Program-made: the position numbers and the translations under genes | Part shown: in pieces, positions 1 to 9,422 of the stretch | How the letters are laid out: every line of letters begins with the position of its first letter | Numbering within the stretch: position 1 is the first letter of the stretch | Notes under the pieces: generated by a model | The model's database searches: none | The model's input: only the letters and a program-made list of their open reading frames with translations | Told to the model about the DNA's origin: nothing | NCBI GenBank assembly: GCA_020073485.1 | Contig: JAIQFB010000011.1 | Coordinates: 50,046 to 114,045 of the forward strand | Length of the DNA: 64,000 nt | Direction of reading: 5' to 3' | Source of the DNA: Terriglobia bacterium | GTDB taxonomy: Bacteria; Acidobacteriota; Terriglobia; Acidiferrales; UBA7541

Positions 1-1
1 G

Positions 2-478
2 GCCGCCGCCGTTGATGTCCACGACAATTTCGCGGTCCTTGAATTCCAGGCTGGTGATCTGCGCGCTGTCTCCCGGATTGATCGCGGACCCGGACGTGCC
101 CAGGGTCGCGTGCAATACGCGGTCATCGACGGGAGCTCCGGCCTTCACATGAAGCCCCTTTTTCCCCGCGGGAATAGGCTGGAGGACGCGCGCGAATTCT
201 CCGTCAACAAACCGAACCAAGGCGAGGCGCGACTCGGGCTGCAGGCGGGAGTCCTTGGCCTTTGCGGGCGTGCTACCGTTATTCTGTGAGTTGCTCTGTG
301 AATTTTTCTGCACGGCCTGGCCCGCATCATTTGCCGCGGGCATATCCGGTAAAACGGGCAGACTCGCGTCCGAAGGGAAAACGACAGGCTGGCTGGAAGG
401 GCGCATGTGCATCACTCCAGGCACATCCGCGCTCAACAGGAGCGCTGCCGTGGCCATCATGGAGGCGAGGCGAAGCAT
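2..478 (-). CDS. hypothetical secreted protein, 5' part only (ORF continues past the left window edge)
   Basis: My own minus-strand translation from the ATG at 476-478 gives MLRLASMMATAALLLSADVPG... It stays open for 159 codons to position 2 (no TTA/CTA/TCA triplets in the matching plus-strand phase). Third positions are GC-rich and the N-terminus looks like a signal peptide. It is missing from the ORF track because there is no in-window stop. No family recognised. Confidence 0.5.
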   Translation of the reverse strand, partial: MLRLASMMATAALLLSADVPGVMHMRPSSQPVVFPSDASLPVLPDMPAANDAGQAVQKNSQSNSQNNGSTPAKAKDSRLQPESRLALVRFVDGEFARVLQPIPAGKKGLHVKAGAPVDDRVLHATLGTSGSAINPGDSAQITSLEFKDREIVVDINGGG

Positions 479-672
479 TAGCACCTTCTATGCCGACATT
501 CTAACACTGACCGCCAATCGCGTGCTAGCGTTGCTGGTTGCCCCGACTGACGGTTTTACCAAACGGCAGGACAGCCTCGCCACGGCGGGATCGTCGGGTT
601 TTCCACGATCGGGTTGCCGCTCAATGGCCTGGTTCAAGTCGACAGGCTGAAGCCCGTTCTACCGAGGCCGGC

Positions 673-1266
673 CTAGAGTGGCTTGATTTCCACTTTGCGA
701 AACTTCACCACGCCCGCGGCATACTGCAGTGCGATGGGCCCGCGATCGTGTTCGCTGTCCTGGACATCGACGGTGCGGATGCCATTAAGCGTGACCGTAA
801 AATGGCTATGTTGCGCGGTGATTTCGTAGGTGTTCCATTTGCCCGCAGCCTTGATCACCGTCGACGGCTTGCCCACGTTCACGATTGCCCCAGTTCCATA
901 GGATGGATCGGGACGCTCATCGAAGATGTTCACTTCATAGGCATTGGCGGCGGTTACTTTTTGCGGATCCGAGCAGCGAAGGAAAACACCGCTGTTGGCT
1001 TTGGCATCGACCCAGAACTCCGCGCGCACCTCGAAATCGCCATAGGACTCTTTGGAGACCAGGAATCCGGTGCCTTTGTCGGCCACCGCCATCCCATTCT
1101 CCAAACGCCAGTTGGCGTCTCCGATGATGTTCCAGCCATCCAGGCTTTTCCCGTCAAAAAGTGTGGTCCATTTGCCCTTCATCTGCCCGAACGCGCTGGA
1201 AGTGAGTAAGAAACCAGCGAACACGACAACCAGAGTGAAAGTTACAACCGCGACTAGACGCTTCAT
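673..1266 (-). CDS. secreted DUF1080-type (3-keto-disaccharide hydrolase-like jelly-roll) protein
   Basis: 197 aa with signal peptide MKRLVAVVTFTLVVVFAGFLL. Motifs WTTLFDGKSLDGW, YGDFEVRAEF, NSGVFLR and a C-terminal KFRKVEIKPL are typical of this family. Confidence 0.8.
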   Translation of the reverse strand: MKRLVAVVTFTLVVVFAGFLLTSSAFGQMKGKWTTLFDGKSLDGWNIIGDANWRLENGMAVADKGTGFLVSKESYGDFEVRAEFWVDAKANSGVFLRCSDPQKVTAANAYEVNIFDERPDPSYGTGAIVNVGKPSTVIKAAGKWNTYEITAQHSHFTVTLNGIRTVDVQDSEHDRGPIALQYAAGVVKFRKVEIKPL

Positions 1267-1355
1267 GCTGTCCCTCCGATTTTCCTCTTCCCTGAAAAAA
1301 CTTTTGCAGCGAATGGCCTGCTCTTTGTTCGCCGCGTGCTGGATTCACGGGGTGT

Positions 1356-1994
1356 CTACATCTTCGAGACGCCGAAACCGTCAATCTGCACCTCGAGCTG
1401 GTGGTTGACGCGGATACCATAAATGCCGTCGGTCTTTCCCGCCGGGCCGGATTTCGGCATCGAGCTGACCACCGTCCCGTTGATGACAAAATCGACTTTG
1501 TCGCCCTTCACGCGGACTTCCAGTTCGTTAGTGCACTTTCCGGTCGAGTCGGGTTTCTTTACCGCGTCGCTCGGCGTTTTTTGCGAGACGCCCTGCGTGG
1601 AGGCGCCGGCGCGGCGCTTGATGAGGTAGGTGCCGTCGTCGGTCACCATGAAATACAGGTAGCTTTGTCCCGCCGCGTTGAGATCGCTGCCGCCGAGGAT
1701 CAGGCCGTAATATTCGTTGTACCCGCCGGCCTTGACCAGCGTGAATTTGCCTTTGAGCGTGTAATCCCCGGTGACCGTATTCGCCGGGTTCCAATAAATG
1801 GCCGCCATGGGATTGGTGGCGTGGAAGCCCCCGCCCATGGTCACGAATTTTACGGCGCCCGCGGCATCGGGATCCGAAGCTTCCATGCTGTGATCCGACC
1901 GGACCATCCACCCCTTGGGCGACTGCGCGAATGCTGCCACGGCGGAAACCAGCAGCGCGATACCGAACACAACCTTGGATATTCGCTTTTTCAT
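1356..1994 (-). CDS. secreted hypothetical protein, probable lectin/LamG-like beta-sandwich
   Basis: 212 aa with signal peptide MKKRISKVVFGIALLVSAVAAFA. DYTLKGKFTL ... GIYGIRVNHQLEVQIDGF resembles the fold of the neighbouring DUF1080 protein. Family assignment is uncertain. Confidence 0.6.
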   Translation of the reverse strand: MKKRISKVVFGIALLVSAVAAFAQSPKGWMVRSDHSMEASDPDAAGAVKFVTMGGGFHATNPMAAIYWNPANTVTGDYTLKGKFTLVKAGGYNEYYGLILGGSDLNAAGQSYLYFMVTDDGTYLIKRRAGASTQGVSQKTPSDAVKKPDSTGKCTNELEVRVKGDKVDFVINGTVVSSMPKSGPAGKTDGIYGIRVNHQLEVQIDGFGVSKM

Positions 1995-2006
1995 GGGCTT
2001 CCCTCC

Positions 2007-3017
2007 TCAGGAGACTTTAAGAAAAACACCTTCCCGGTCAATTTGCAAGGGCAACAGCGTCCCGCCCGCGGCGGTGACCGCGTTTTCGACGCGCGCGCGC
2101 GCCTCCGGATCGATCACCAGGGTGAGGCAGCCGCCGCCCCCGGCCCCACAAATCTTTCCGGCCAGCGCGCCATTGCGCCGCGCGGACGAAATAATTCGGT
2201 CGACCAGAGGCGTTGAAATCGTCTTCAAATTGCGCCGGCGAAAATCCCATTCGCCGCGCACCAGGCAACCGAGTTCGCTCCACTGGCTTCGCTCGATCGC
2301 CTCCCGAACCTGCCGCGCGATCACCGAGATCTTTTCCAGGTTCCGGGCCACGCGGCGATCGCCGTCAATGTGCCGCTTAAACACTTCCCAATTATTGATG
2401 CCGTGCTGCCGCGGTTTGCCCGTGTAGCACAAGACGAGCCGGCGTTCGAGGTCGTCGAGATCGCATCCGAGGGCTTCGCGGCGCTCGCCGCCCGGCTCAA
2501 GGATGATCGCTGCCGCGCCTCCGAAGGCCGGAGGATAGTGGTCCTGCGTGCCGGTGGGAACGCGAATGACGACGGCCTCAATGTCGCGGCTGATGTGAAT
2601 CCAGTCTTCGCGGCGCAAACCCGCTCCGGTGAGCCGGTCCAGCGCCGCGCAGATGGCAACGGCCATCGCCGACGAACCTCCGATGCCCGCTCCGGCGGGA
2701 GCCTCGGAATCGGTGGTCAGCGTGAAACCCATTGTCGGGCGAAAAAACTTCACCAGATACGCCAGCAAAGGAAGCTTGTAACGCTGCGCGCGGCTCAGCG
2801 CATCGAAGGACGCAAACGATTCCCTGCGCCGGGTGTCGCGCGAGACTAGAACGATGCGTCGCGAGGTTTCCGGCGCGGTCTCGATGGTGCACGACGCGTA
2901 TCGCGTGATCGCACAATTCACCGTCAGCGAGCCTTCGTGAAACAGGTACAGCGGCCAGATATCCAGCGTTCCTCCGGCCAGATCGATCCGCGTCGGTGCT
3001 CTTGATTCGATTCTCAC
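2007..3017 (-). CDS. GHMP-family sugar kinase (specificity unknown)
   Basis: 336 aa. N-terminal SRAPTRIDLAGGTLD, phosphate-binding motif PAGAGIGGSSAMAVA, and a C-terminal CGAGGGG. Confidence 0.85.
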   Translation of the reverse strand: MRIESRAPTRIDLAGGTLDIWPLYLFHEGSLTVNCAITRYASCTIETAPETSRRIVLVSRDTRRRESFASFDALSRAQRYKLPLLAYLVKFFRPTMGFTLTTDSEAPAGAGIGGSSAMAVAICAALDRLTGAGLRREDWIHISRDIEAVVIRVPTGTQDHYPPAFGGAAAIILEPGGERREALGCDLDDLERRLVLCYTGKPRQHGINNWEVFKRHIDGDRRVARNLEKISVIARQVREAIERSQWSELGCLVRGEWDFRRRNLKTISTPLVDRIISSARRNGALAGKICGAGGGGCLTLVIDPEARARVENAVTAAGGTLLPLQIDREGVFLKVS

Positions 3018-3090
3018 TTTGACTTGCTCCCCGTCTCCCGTTAGCCTTTTGCTTTCAGCGGATTTTCCTGCGCCGCGCGAATCATATCAG

Positions 3091-4170
3091 ATGAACATAG
3101 GGGCCAAACCCGAAAGCAAGGCGCGTGATTCCGTACTTGCACGCTTCCTGCTGGGCTTCCAGGGCGATTCCCTCTCCCCCGAACTTGCGGAGTACCTCGC
3201 GCGCGGGCTTGCGGGCGTTGTTATTTACCAGCGCAATTATTCGAGTGTCGAGGGGCTTCGCAAACTCACGGCGGAAATTCGGCGGGCCGCGGGGCGTCCG
3301 GTGCTGATCGGGATCGATCAGGAGGGCGGCACGCGCTTTGCCCTGCACGAACCATTCACGCAGTGGCCTTCGGCAGCGGAGCTTGGCCGCACCGGCGATT
3401 TGCAACTGGCGGAAGAGATCGCGCGGGCCATGGCCGTGGAGCTTCGCGCCGTGGGATGCAATCTGAATTTCGCGCCGATGCTGGATTTGCATGTGAATGC
3501 GGAGAGCCCCGTCACAATGGACCGAAGTTTTGGCGCTGATCCGTATAGCGTCGCGCGGATGGGCGTTGCGTTTGATAAGGGATTGAGGTCGGGCGGAGTG
3601 CTCTCCTGCGCGAAACATTTTCCCGGACATGGAGATGCGGCGGTGGACCCACATCTGGATTTGCCAGTCTTTAAGGGAAACATGTCGCGTCTGGAGTCCG
3701 CGGAACTGGTCCCCTTCGCTACGGCGGTCGCGGTCGGCATGCCTACGATGATGACCGCGCACATCCTGCTGCCGCAAATCGATCCGGAAAATCCCGCGTC
3801 GCTCTCCCGCGTCGTGCTGTATGGCATCCTAAGGCGCCACATGGGATTCCACGGCGTGATTCTAGCCGACGACCTGGGCATGGGCGCGATTGCCAAACGC
3901 TACGCTCGGGGGGAGGCGGCTGTGCAGACGCTGCGAGCGGGAACGGATATCGCCATGCTGTGCCATGACTGGTCCGCGGTCGCGCCATCCATTGCTGCCA
4001 TCGAAAAGGCGCGCAAAGAAAATCTATTTGATAATACGGAGTGGGAAGAATCGTTGGAACGGATCGAGCGCGCTTGCATGCTGGCGGATTTTGCGGGGCC
4101 GCAACCTCCGGTCGATATCATCGGATGTGAGGAACACCGCGCGCTCGCGAAGAAAATCAAGGCGCGATAG
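3091..4170 (+). CDS. nagZ: beta-N-acetylhexosaminidase, glycoside hydrolase family 3 (NagZ-like)
   Basis: ORF 3019..4170 trimmed to the ATG at 3091 (MNIGAKPES). Motifs IDQEGG, KHFPGHGDAAVDPH, ADDLGMGA. Confidence 0.85.
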   Translation: MNIGAKPESKARDSVLARFLLGFQGDSLSPELAEYLARGLAGVVIYQRNYSSVEGLRKLTAEIRRAAGRPVLIGIDQEGGTRFALHEPFTQWPSAAELGRTGDLQLAEEIARAMAVELRAVGCNLNFAPMLDLHVNAESPVTMDRSFGADPYSVARMGVAFDKGLRSGGVLSCAKHFPGHGDAAVDPHLDLPVFKGNMSRLESAELVPFATAVAVGMPTMMTAHILLPQIDPENPASLSRVVLYGILRRHMGFHGVILADDLGMGAIAKRYARGEAAVQTLRAGTDIAMLCHDWSAVAPSIAAIEKARKENLFDNTEWEESLERIERACMLADFAGPQPPVDIIGCEEHRALAKKIKAR

Positions 4171-4380
4171 ACATGAAAGCTGCCTCACGAATCCACGAAC
4201 AAGATAGAACCGAAAGCCGTTCCAAAGTGAATTGCTCAAAGCTCGACCCTGCGGTGATTCTTCGGCGCTGAAAGCGCCGGCAGGCTGGCAAAAAGTTGGG
4301 TCGTGGGAGACTTACGGAGATTCAATTAACAGGAATTATTGTTTCCCGCGCATTCCGAACACCAGGGCGTAGGGCTCCCT

Positions 4381-5016
4381 TTAGTTGGATTCCTTGCGGA
4401 TTGGCCCGCCGGCTTGCGCGTGAACCGTTTTCTTCTCGGCCTGGATTTTTTCGTGCGCCAGCTGCGGCTCAAAGCACCGGCGGCAGCGCGGCTCGTACAT
4501 TCCCGCCGCTCCCACCACGATCAAGTCTTCGGAAGCCACCAGGCGCTGCGTGTGCTTGGCAGGGTTGCCGCATTGCACGCAGATCGCCAGCAGTTTGGTG
4601 ATCTCCTCGGCCACGGCCAGCAGGCGCGGCATGGGATCGAATGGGCGGCCCAGATAATCGGTATCGAGTCCGGTGACGATCACGCGCTTGCCGGCGTCGG
4701 CCATGCTCATGCAGACGTCGATCAGGCCATCGCCCAGGAACTGGCCTTCGTCGATTCCCACCACTTCGGTGCGCGCCTGCACTTTCTCCAGGACTTCGGC
4801 GGCGTTCTTGACCACTTCGGAAGGATATTCAAAACCGGAGTGGGACACGATGTCGGTATGCGAGTAGCGCTGGTCGATCACCGGCTTGAAAATCTGCACG
4901 CGCTGTTTGGCGATTTCCGCGCGCTTGAGGCGGCGAATCAGTTCCTCGCTCTTGCCCGAAAACATGGGGCCGACGATTACTTCGATCCAGCCCATGTTTC
5001 CTTTAACGATGTCCAC
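4381..5016 (-). CDS. tdk: thymidine kinase
   Basis: P-loop [17 protein letters not shown], and a C-terminal zinc ribbon CVQCG...CRRC. The true start may be the internal ATG at 4995 (MGWIEV). Confidence 0.92.
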   Translation of the reverse strand: MDIVKGNMGWIEVIVGPMFSGKSEELIRRLKRAEIAKQRVQIFKPVIDQRYSHTDIVSHSGFEYPSEVVKNAAEVLEKVQARTEVVGIDEGQFLGDGLIDVCMSMADAGKRVIVTGLDTDYLGRPFDPMPRLLAVAEEITKLLAICVQCGNPAKHTQRLVASEDLIVVGAAGMYEPRCRRCFEPQLAHEKIQAEKKTVHAQAGGPIRKESN

Positions 5017-5075
5017 TAGCGGCTCGCCTCCCGGAAGGGGTTTTCGATTCAGACTAGCACATTGCTGTGCGGCCT

Positions 5076-5103
5076 GGTGGCACAGGCTGGAGCCTGTGCC
5101 ACC
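5076..5103. repeat. REP family A, single unit: perfect palindrome GGTGGCACAGGCT-GG-AGCCTGTGCCACC
   Basis: 13-bp arms are exact reverse complements. It lies between the 3' end of the NDT-like gene and the tdk start. Related copies are at 22715-22790 and 38698-38783. Confidence 0.85.
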
Positions 5104-5121
5104 AAAACCCGGCTTGCGGCT

Positions 5122-5619
5122 TCACACGCGCCACAGCGGCGCCTGCTTTTCCTTCCCGTACCGCTCCAGAAGAAATTTTTTCAGCTCATCGACGTTCGCG
5201 AACACCCGATCCGCGCAGGCCAGCATCCAGCCGCTGATTTCGTCCAGGCCCAGGTCCGTGACCAGATACACGGAAATTCCCTTGCGGTAGGCGAACGTCA
5301 GTTCGGAGGACGTGCCGCCGCTTGTCGCCGCCGCGCCGTCTCCGCTCATAAAGCAGATAACGTAGTCCGCTTTGTTTTCGATGATGTCGAGATCGAACTG
5401 GATGATTTTACGCAGCACGCGGCGGAAGCGTTCGACATCGGTTTGTTTCCACTCGCGGAAATTCGCGGCTTCTTCGTCGGTGAGGCTTTTCTTTTCGTCT
5501 TCGGCGGGATCGTAGACGCGGTGGCCGAGTTCATTGTGCAGAAACGGGGTGAGCTTCCGGCGCCACATTTTGCCGCCGTCGGCTGCAAATTCAATCGGAC
5601 CACACAGATATGCAAGCAT
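5122..5619 (-). CDS. nucleoside 2-deoxyribosyltransferase-like protein
   Basis: 165 aa. YLCGPIEF near the N-terminus, ADYVICF, and SGGTSSELTFAY resemble the xGTxxE core of NDT/Rcl-type Rossmann-like proteins. Assignment is from motif memory only. Confidence 0.55.
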   Translation of the reverse strand: MLAYLCGPIEFAADGGKMWRRKLTPFLHNELGHRVYDPAEDEKKSLTDEEAANFREWKQTDVERFRRVLRKIIQFDLDIIENKADYVICFMSGDGAAATSGGTSSELTFAYRKGISVYLVTDLGLDEISGWMLACADRVFANVDELKKFLLERYGKEKQAPLWRV

Positions 5620-5649
5620 GAAAGAAAGTTGGACCAGTACGTGAAGGAA

Positions 5650-5723
5650 TGGAGCGGCCGATGGGACTCGAACCCACGCCTGGACCTTGGCAAGGTCCCG
5701 TACTACCCCTATACTACGGCCGC
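5650..5723 (-). tRNA. tRNA-Gly (anticodon GCC)
   Basis: The reverse complement GCGGCCGTAGTATAGGGGTAGTACGGGACCTTGCCAAGGTCCAGGCGTGGGTTCGAGTCCCATCGGCCGCTCCA folds as a cloverleaf: 7-bp acceptor stem, anticodon stem GGACC/GGTCC with loop TTGCCAA, a TTCGAGT T-loop, and an encoded CCA. Confidence 0.92.
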
Positions 5724-5886
5724 CCGAAACAAGAAAACTCTAGCACGAGTGCTTTGCGGCGGCAAGGTCCTATCCGCGGGGCGCATTTTAAAACACCAGT
5801 GGCGGGCCCAAGGTTGGAAATCGCGGGCTGATTCCGCTAGAATCGCATCAGGATCCACGTTGACCGATTCCGACTCCAAACCGCGG

Positions 5887-6336
5887 ATGGTGGTGGGCGC
5901 AGACCACGCCGGGTTCCGCACGAAAGAAACGATCAAAACTTTTTTGCAGAACGCGGGATACCGGGTCGAGGACGTGGGCACGCACTCGGAGGAGTCGGTG
6001 GATTATCCCGATTTTGCGCGGGCCGTTGGCGAGCGCGTCGCCGCCGGAACGGATTTGCTCGGCATCCTCGTTTGCGGCACGGGCATTGGCGTATCCATCG
6101 CGGCGAACAAAGTGGAAGGAATTCGCGCGGCGCTGGCGCACGATTCGCTCACCGCGCGCCGGGCTCGCGAACACAACGACGCCAACGTGCTGGCGCTGGG
6201 CGGCAAAGTGGTGGGCGAAGACGAGGCCCTGGCCATCGTGCAGGAATTCCTCGCCGCGCAATTTGCCGGCGGGCGGCACCAAAGGCGAGTCGACAAGATC
6301 AGTGAAATGGATCGTGAACGCGAACATCAATCTTGA
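5887..6336 (+). CDS. rpiB: ribose-5-phosphate isomerase B
   Basis: ORF 5062..6336 trimmed to the ATG at 5887 (MVVGADHAGF). CGTGIGVSIAANK and NVLALGG are typical of RpiB/LacAB. The upstream part of the long ORF overlaps the tRNA and the opposite-strand gene. Confidence 0.9.
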   Translation: MVVGADHAGFRTKETIKTFLQNAGYRVEDVGTHSEESVDYPDFARAVGERVAAGTDLLGILVCGTGIGVSIAANKVEGIRAALAHDSLTARRAREHNDANVLALGGKVVGEDEALAIVQEFLAAQFAGGRHQRRVDKISEMDREREHQS

Positions 6337-6409
6337 CCGGGTGCGGGCTCTAATTGGAGCCCGCCTATAATAAAGATGCGGGCTCCGGTTATAGCCCGCG
6401 GAAAAACAA

Positions 6410-7723
6410 ATGGACACCAAAATATCGCAACGCATGAACCGGCCGCTCGCCGAGGTCGATCCCGACATCGCGGACGTGCTCCGTGAGGAAGGACGCCGCC
6501 AGGGCACCGGCCTGGAATTGATTCCGTCGGAGAACTTCGTTTCCGAAGCCGTGCTCGAAGCCATGGGCTCGGTGCTCACGAACAAATACGCCGAAGGATA
6601 CCCGGGCAAGCGCTATTACGGCGGCTGCGAATTCGCCGACCGCGCCGAGCAGTTGGCCATCGACCGCGCCAAGGCGCTGTTTGGCGCCGAGCACGCCAAC
6701 GTGCAAACGCATTCCGGCACGCAGGCTAACGTTTCCGTCTACATGGCGGCGCTGCAGCCGGGCGACACGGTGCTGGGCATGAACCTGGCGCACGGCGGGC
6801 ACCTGACGCACGGCCACCCGCTGAATTTTTCGGGCAAAATGTACAAATTCATCCCCTACGGCGTGAACAAGGAAACCGAGAGGATCGATTACGACGAGCT
6901 GGCGCGCCTGGCCGACGAACACAAGCCGAAAATGATCGTCGGCGGCGCGAGCGCCTATTCGCGCATCATCGATTTTCCGCGCATGGCGGAAATCGCACGC
7001 GAGGTGGGAGCGCTGTTCTTCGTGGACATGGCGCACATCGCGGGCCTTGTCGCCGGCGGCATGCATCCGAGCCCGGTGCCACACGCGGATTTTGTATCGA
7101 CCACCACGCACAAGACGCTGCGCGGCCCGCGCGGCGGACTGGTGCTGTGCAAGCAGCAATTCGCCAAGGAACTCGACCGCATCACGTTCCCCGGCACGCA
7201 GGGCGGCCCGCTAATGCATATCATCGCGGCCAAGGCCGTGTGCCTGAAGGAAGCGGCCGATCCGGGATTCCGCGAGTATGCCAAGCAAATTGTGGCCAAC
7301 GCGCAGAAGCTTGCCGCCGAAATCGCCAAGGCCGGTTTCCGCATCGTCAGCGGCGGCACGGACAATCACCTTTTCCTGATCGATTTGTATTCACGCGGCA
7401 TCACCGGCAAGGACGCGCAGCCAGCCCTGGATCGCGCCGGCATCACCGTCAATAAAAATTCGATTCCATTCGACCCCACACCGCCCATGACGGGCGGCGG
7501 AATCCGTCTGGGCACTCCCGCCATCACCACGCGTGGAATGCGCGAAACCGAAATGGGCCGCATCGCCGCATGGATTTCCGAAGTGCTCTTGCACCTGGGC
7601 GATGGCGCGATCGAGCAGCGCATTCGCGGCGAAGTCGCCGAGTTTGCCGTGCAGTTCCCTCTTTACACGCGCCGCTGGGACATTGCGCCCACACTGGCCG
7701 GGAGCGGAAGCTCCGCGCGCTGA
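6410..7723 (+). CDS. glyA: serine hydroxymethyltransferase
   Basis: 437 aa. [24 protein letters not shown], and [13 protein letters not shown] (PLP-lysine motif). Confidence 0.97.
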   Translation: MDTKISQRMNRPLAEVDPDIADVLREEGRRQGTGLELIPSENFVSEAVLEAMGSVLTNKYAEGYPGKRYYGGCEFADRAEQLAIDRAKALFGAEHANVQTHSGTQANVSVYMAALQPGDTVLGMNLAHGGHLTHGHPLNFSGKMYKFIPYGVNKETERIDYDELARLADEHKPKMIVGGASAYSRIIDFPRMAEIAREVGALFFVDMAHIAGLVAGGMHPSPVPHADFVSTTTHKTLRGPRGGLVLCKQQFAKELDRITFPGTQGGPLMHIIAAKAVCLKEAADPGFREYAKQIVANAQKLAAEIAKAGFRIVSGGTDNHLFLIDLYSRGITGKDAQPALDRAGITVNKNSIPFDPTPPMTGGGIRLGTPAITTRGMRETEMGRIAAWISEVLLHLGDGAIEQRIRGEVAEFAVQFPLYTRRWDIAPTLAGSGSSAR

Positions 7724-7742
7724 GCGCGGGCCGCCGACGCTG

Positions 7743-8891
7743 ATGCGTGTTGCGATTGATATCCGGCGCGCCGGCGATTTCGGTCACGGCACCTACATCC
7801 GCAACATCGTCAACCAGTTTGCCCGCAGCGACCGCGAAACCGAATACCTGCTGATCGGCCAGCAGTCGCACATCGCGCGATTTGATCCGCTCCCGGAAAA
7901 TTTCCAGCTGCTCGATTATCCGTCCCCGCCCGGCTCGTTCCACACGCACATGCACTTGCCGTACCTTCTGCACAAGCAGGGCGTCGATCTGCTGCACATG
8001 CCGTGGTTCTACGCACCGGCCGTGGTGCCCACTCGGATGGTGATTACCGTGCACGACTTGACCGACGTGCTCATGCCGCCGCCGGGCGTGCCGGAGATGA
8101 TGCAGACGGGCCGCCTGTTTTTTGCGCGGCGCGCCCTAGCGCGTGCCGACCGCATCATGGCCGTGTCGCACTCCACCAAGCGCGAACTGTCGCGTGTATT
8201 CAACGTGCCGGAAGAAAAAATCGAAGTGGTTTACAACGCGCTCGATGAGCGTTTCGTGCGCGAGCCGATGCCCACGGACGCCAACCGCATCCTGGAACGG
8301 CACGCCGTCACCGACCCCTTCGTGCTTTACGCCGGCAACATCAAGCCGCAGAAAAATCTTCCGCGCCTGATCGAGGCCTTCGCCGTGGTCAAGGCGGACC
8401 TGCGCGATCATCCCGAATATGCCAATCTGAAATTGCTGCTGATCGGCGATTCGGCCGAGGAGCATTCGGATCTGCGCCGCGCCGTTTTGCGTTCGCGCCT
8501 GCAGGGCGACGTGCGCTTCTTGGGATTCGTGCCGCATTCCGTGCTGCGCGTGTTCTATTCGCGCGCGCGGGCATTTCTGTTTCCGTCTCTCTATGAAGGG
8601 TTCGGGCTTCCGCCGCTCGAAGCCATGGCGCACGGCGCGCCGGTGCTGACCTCGAGCGTGTCTTCCCTGCCGGAAGTTTTTTCACAAGCGGCGCTGCTGG
8701 TGAATCCCGAAAACGTGTTTGAAATTGCGCGCGGGATACGCCAGATCCTCACCGAAGACGTGCTTCGCGAAACCCTGGTGCGGCGCGGCTACGAGCTGGT
8801 GCGGAAATATTCCTGGGAACGCTCGGCCGAACAGGTTCGCGAGGTGTATCGCTCGGTGGTTGCGGGTGAGCCGGTGAAGTCGTCTGAGTAG
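7743..8891 (+). CDS. glycosyltransferase family 4 (GT-B)
   Basis: ORF 7533..8891 trimmed to the ATG at 7743 (MRVAIDIR). C-terminal [22 protein letters not shown] (EX7E-type motif). Confidence 0.85.
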   Translation: MRVAIDIRRAGDFGHGTYIRNIVNQFARSDRETEYLLIGQQSHIARFDPLPENFQLLDYPSPPGSFHTHMHLPYLLHKQGVDLLHMPWFYAPAVVPTRMVITVHDLTDVLMPPPGVPEMMQTGRLFFARRALARADRIMAVSHSTKRELSRVFNVPEEKIEVVYNALDERFVREPMPTDANRILERHAVTDPFVLYAGNIKPQKNLPRLIEAFAVVKADLRDHPEYANLKLLLIGDSAEEHSDLRRAVLRSRLQGDVRFLGFVPHSVLRVFYSRARAFLFPSLYEGFGLPPLEAMAHGAPVLTSSVSSLPEVFSQAALLVNPENVFEIARGIRQILTEDVLRETLVRRGYELVRKYSWERSAEQVREVYRSVVAGEPVKSSE

Positions 8892-8931
8892 GGGAAACCG
8901 GGGGAAGAGTGTTTGTTCCGCGCTGTGTATC

Positions 8932-9351
8932 CTACACTTCCGTTCCCGCCAGGAGGATTTCGATCTCTTCCACACTGCCGTCGCGAATCGAAAACGCGCG
9001 CACGGGCTTCGGCGCGTCCGGCCGCAACGACACGATGAAATATGCCTGGTCGGGATAGCCAGCTTGTTCAATGTCTGTTGAAGAAGGAACGTTTTCGGTG
9101 GAAAGATGTGAATGATACTGGCCCAGGTGCGCCAGGTTATCGGCGCGCAAGGTCCGGAACACCTGAAACAGTTCCCGCGGAGCGATTTCGTAGCAGGTCG
9201 CGCTCGCAAGAGAATTTGCCGCCGGAAAAATCGCGGTGATCACGCCGTCGCGGCCCGCAAGAAGGCCGCAACACTCGATGTGCGGCTCGCGCCGCGCGTG
9301 GCGAAGCATTTCGTCGAGAATTTCGGCGCAGATTCGAATCTCCCCAGGCAT
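8932..9351 (-). CDS. stand-alone JAB/MPN (JAMM) metalloprotease-domain protein
   Basis: 139 aa. An upstream Glu (REPHIECCG) and an exact JAMM motif, HSH-x7-S-x2-D (HSHLSTENVPSSTD). Confidence 0.8.
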   Translation of the reverse strand: MPGEIRICAEILDEMLRHARREPHIECCGLLAGRDGVITAIFPAANSLASATCYEIAPRELFQVFRTLRADNLAHLGQYHSHLSTENVPSSTDIEQAGYPDQAYFIVSLRPDAPKPVRAFSIRDGSVEEIEILLAGTEV

Positions 9352-9422
9352 GCGGCCAGTTTACCTCAAGCCGTCCGGCCGCCGGAACGCATGATGATGC
9401 AATGCTGCCGAATGCGATCCGG

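Noticed and set aside
255-650. The plus-strand 131-aa and 80-aa ORFs at the left edge of the window.
   Set aside because: They overlap the better-supported minus-strand ORF (2-478), which has a signal-peptide start and GC3-rich codons. Their translations look like shadow frames.
641-656. GACAGGCTGAAGCCCG, which resembles half of a family A REP, upstream of the DUF1080 gene.
   Set aside because: It is only a partial, mismatched half-site with no inverted partner. It could be a decayed copy or chance.
4263-4279. The hairpin CGGCGC-TGAAA-GCGCCG between convergent nagZ and tdk as a terminator.
   Set aside because: The stem is short (6 bp) and there is no flanking T-run on either strand. Not convincing.
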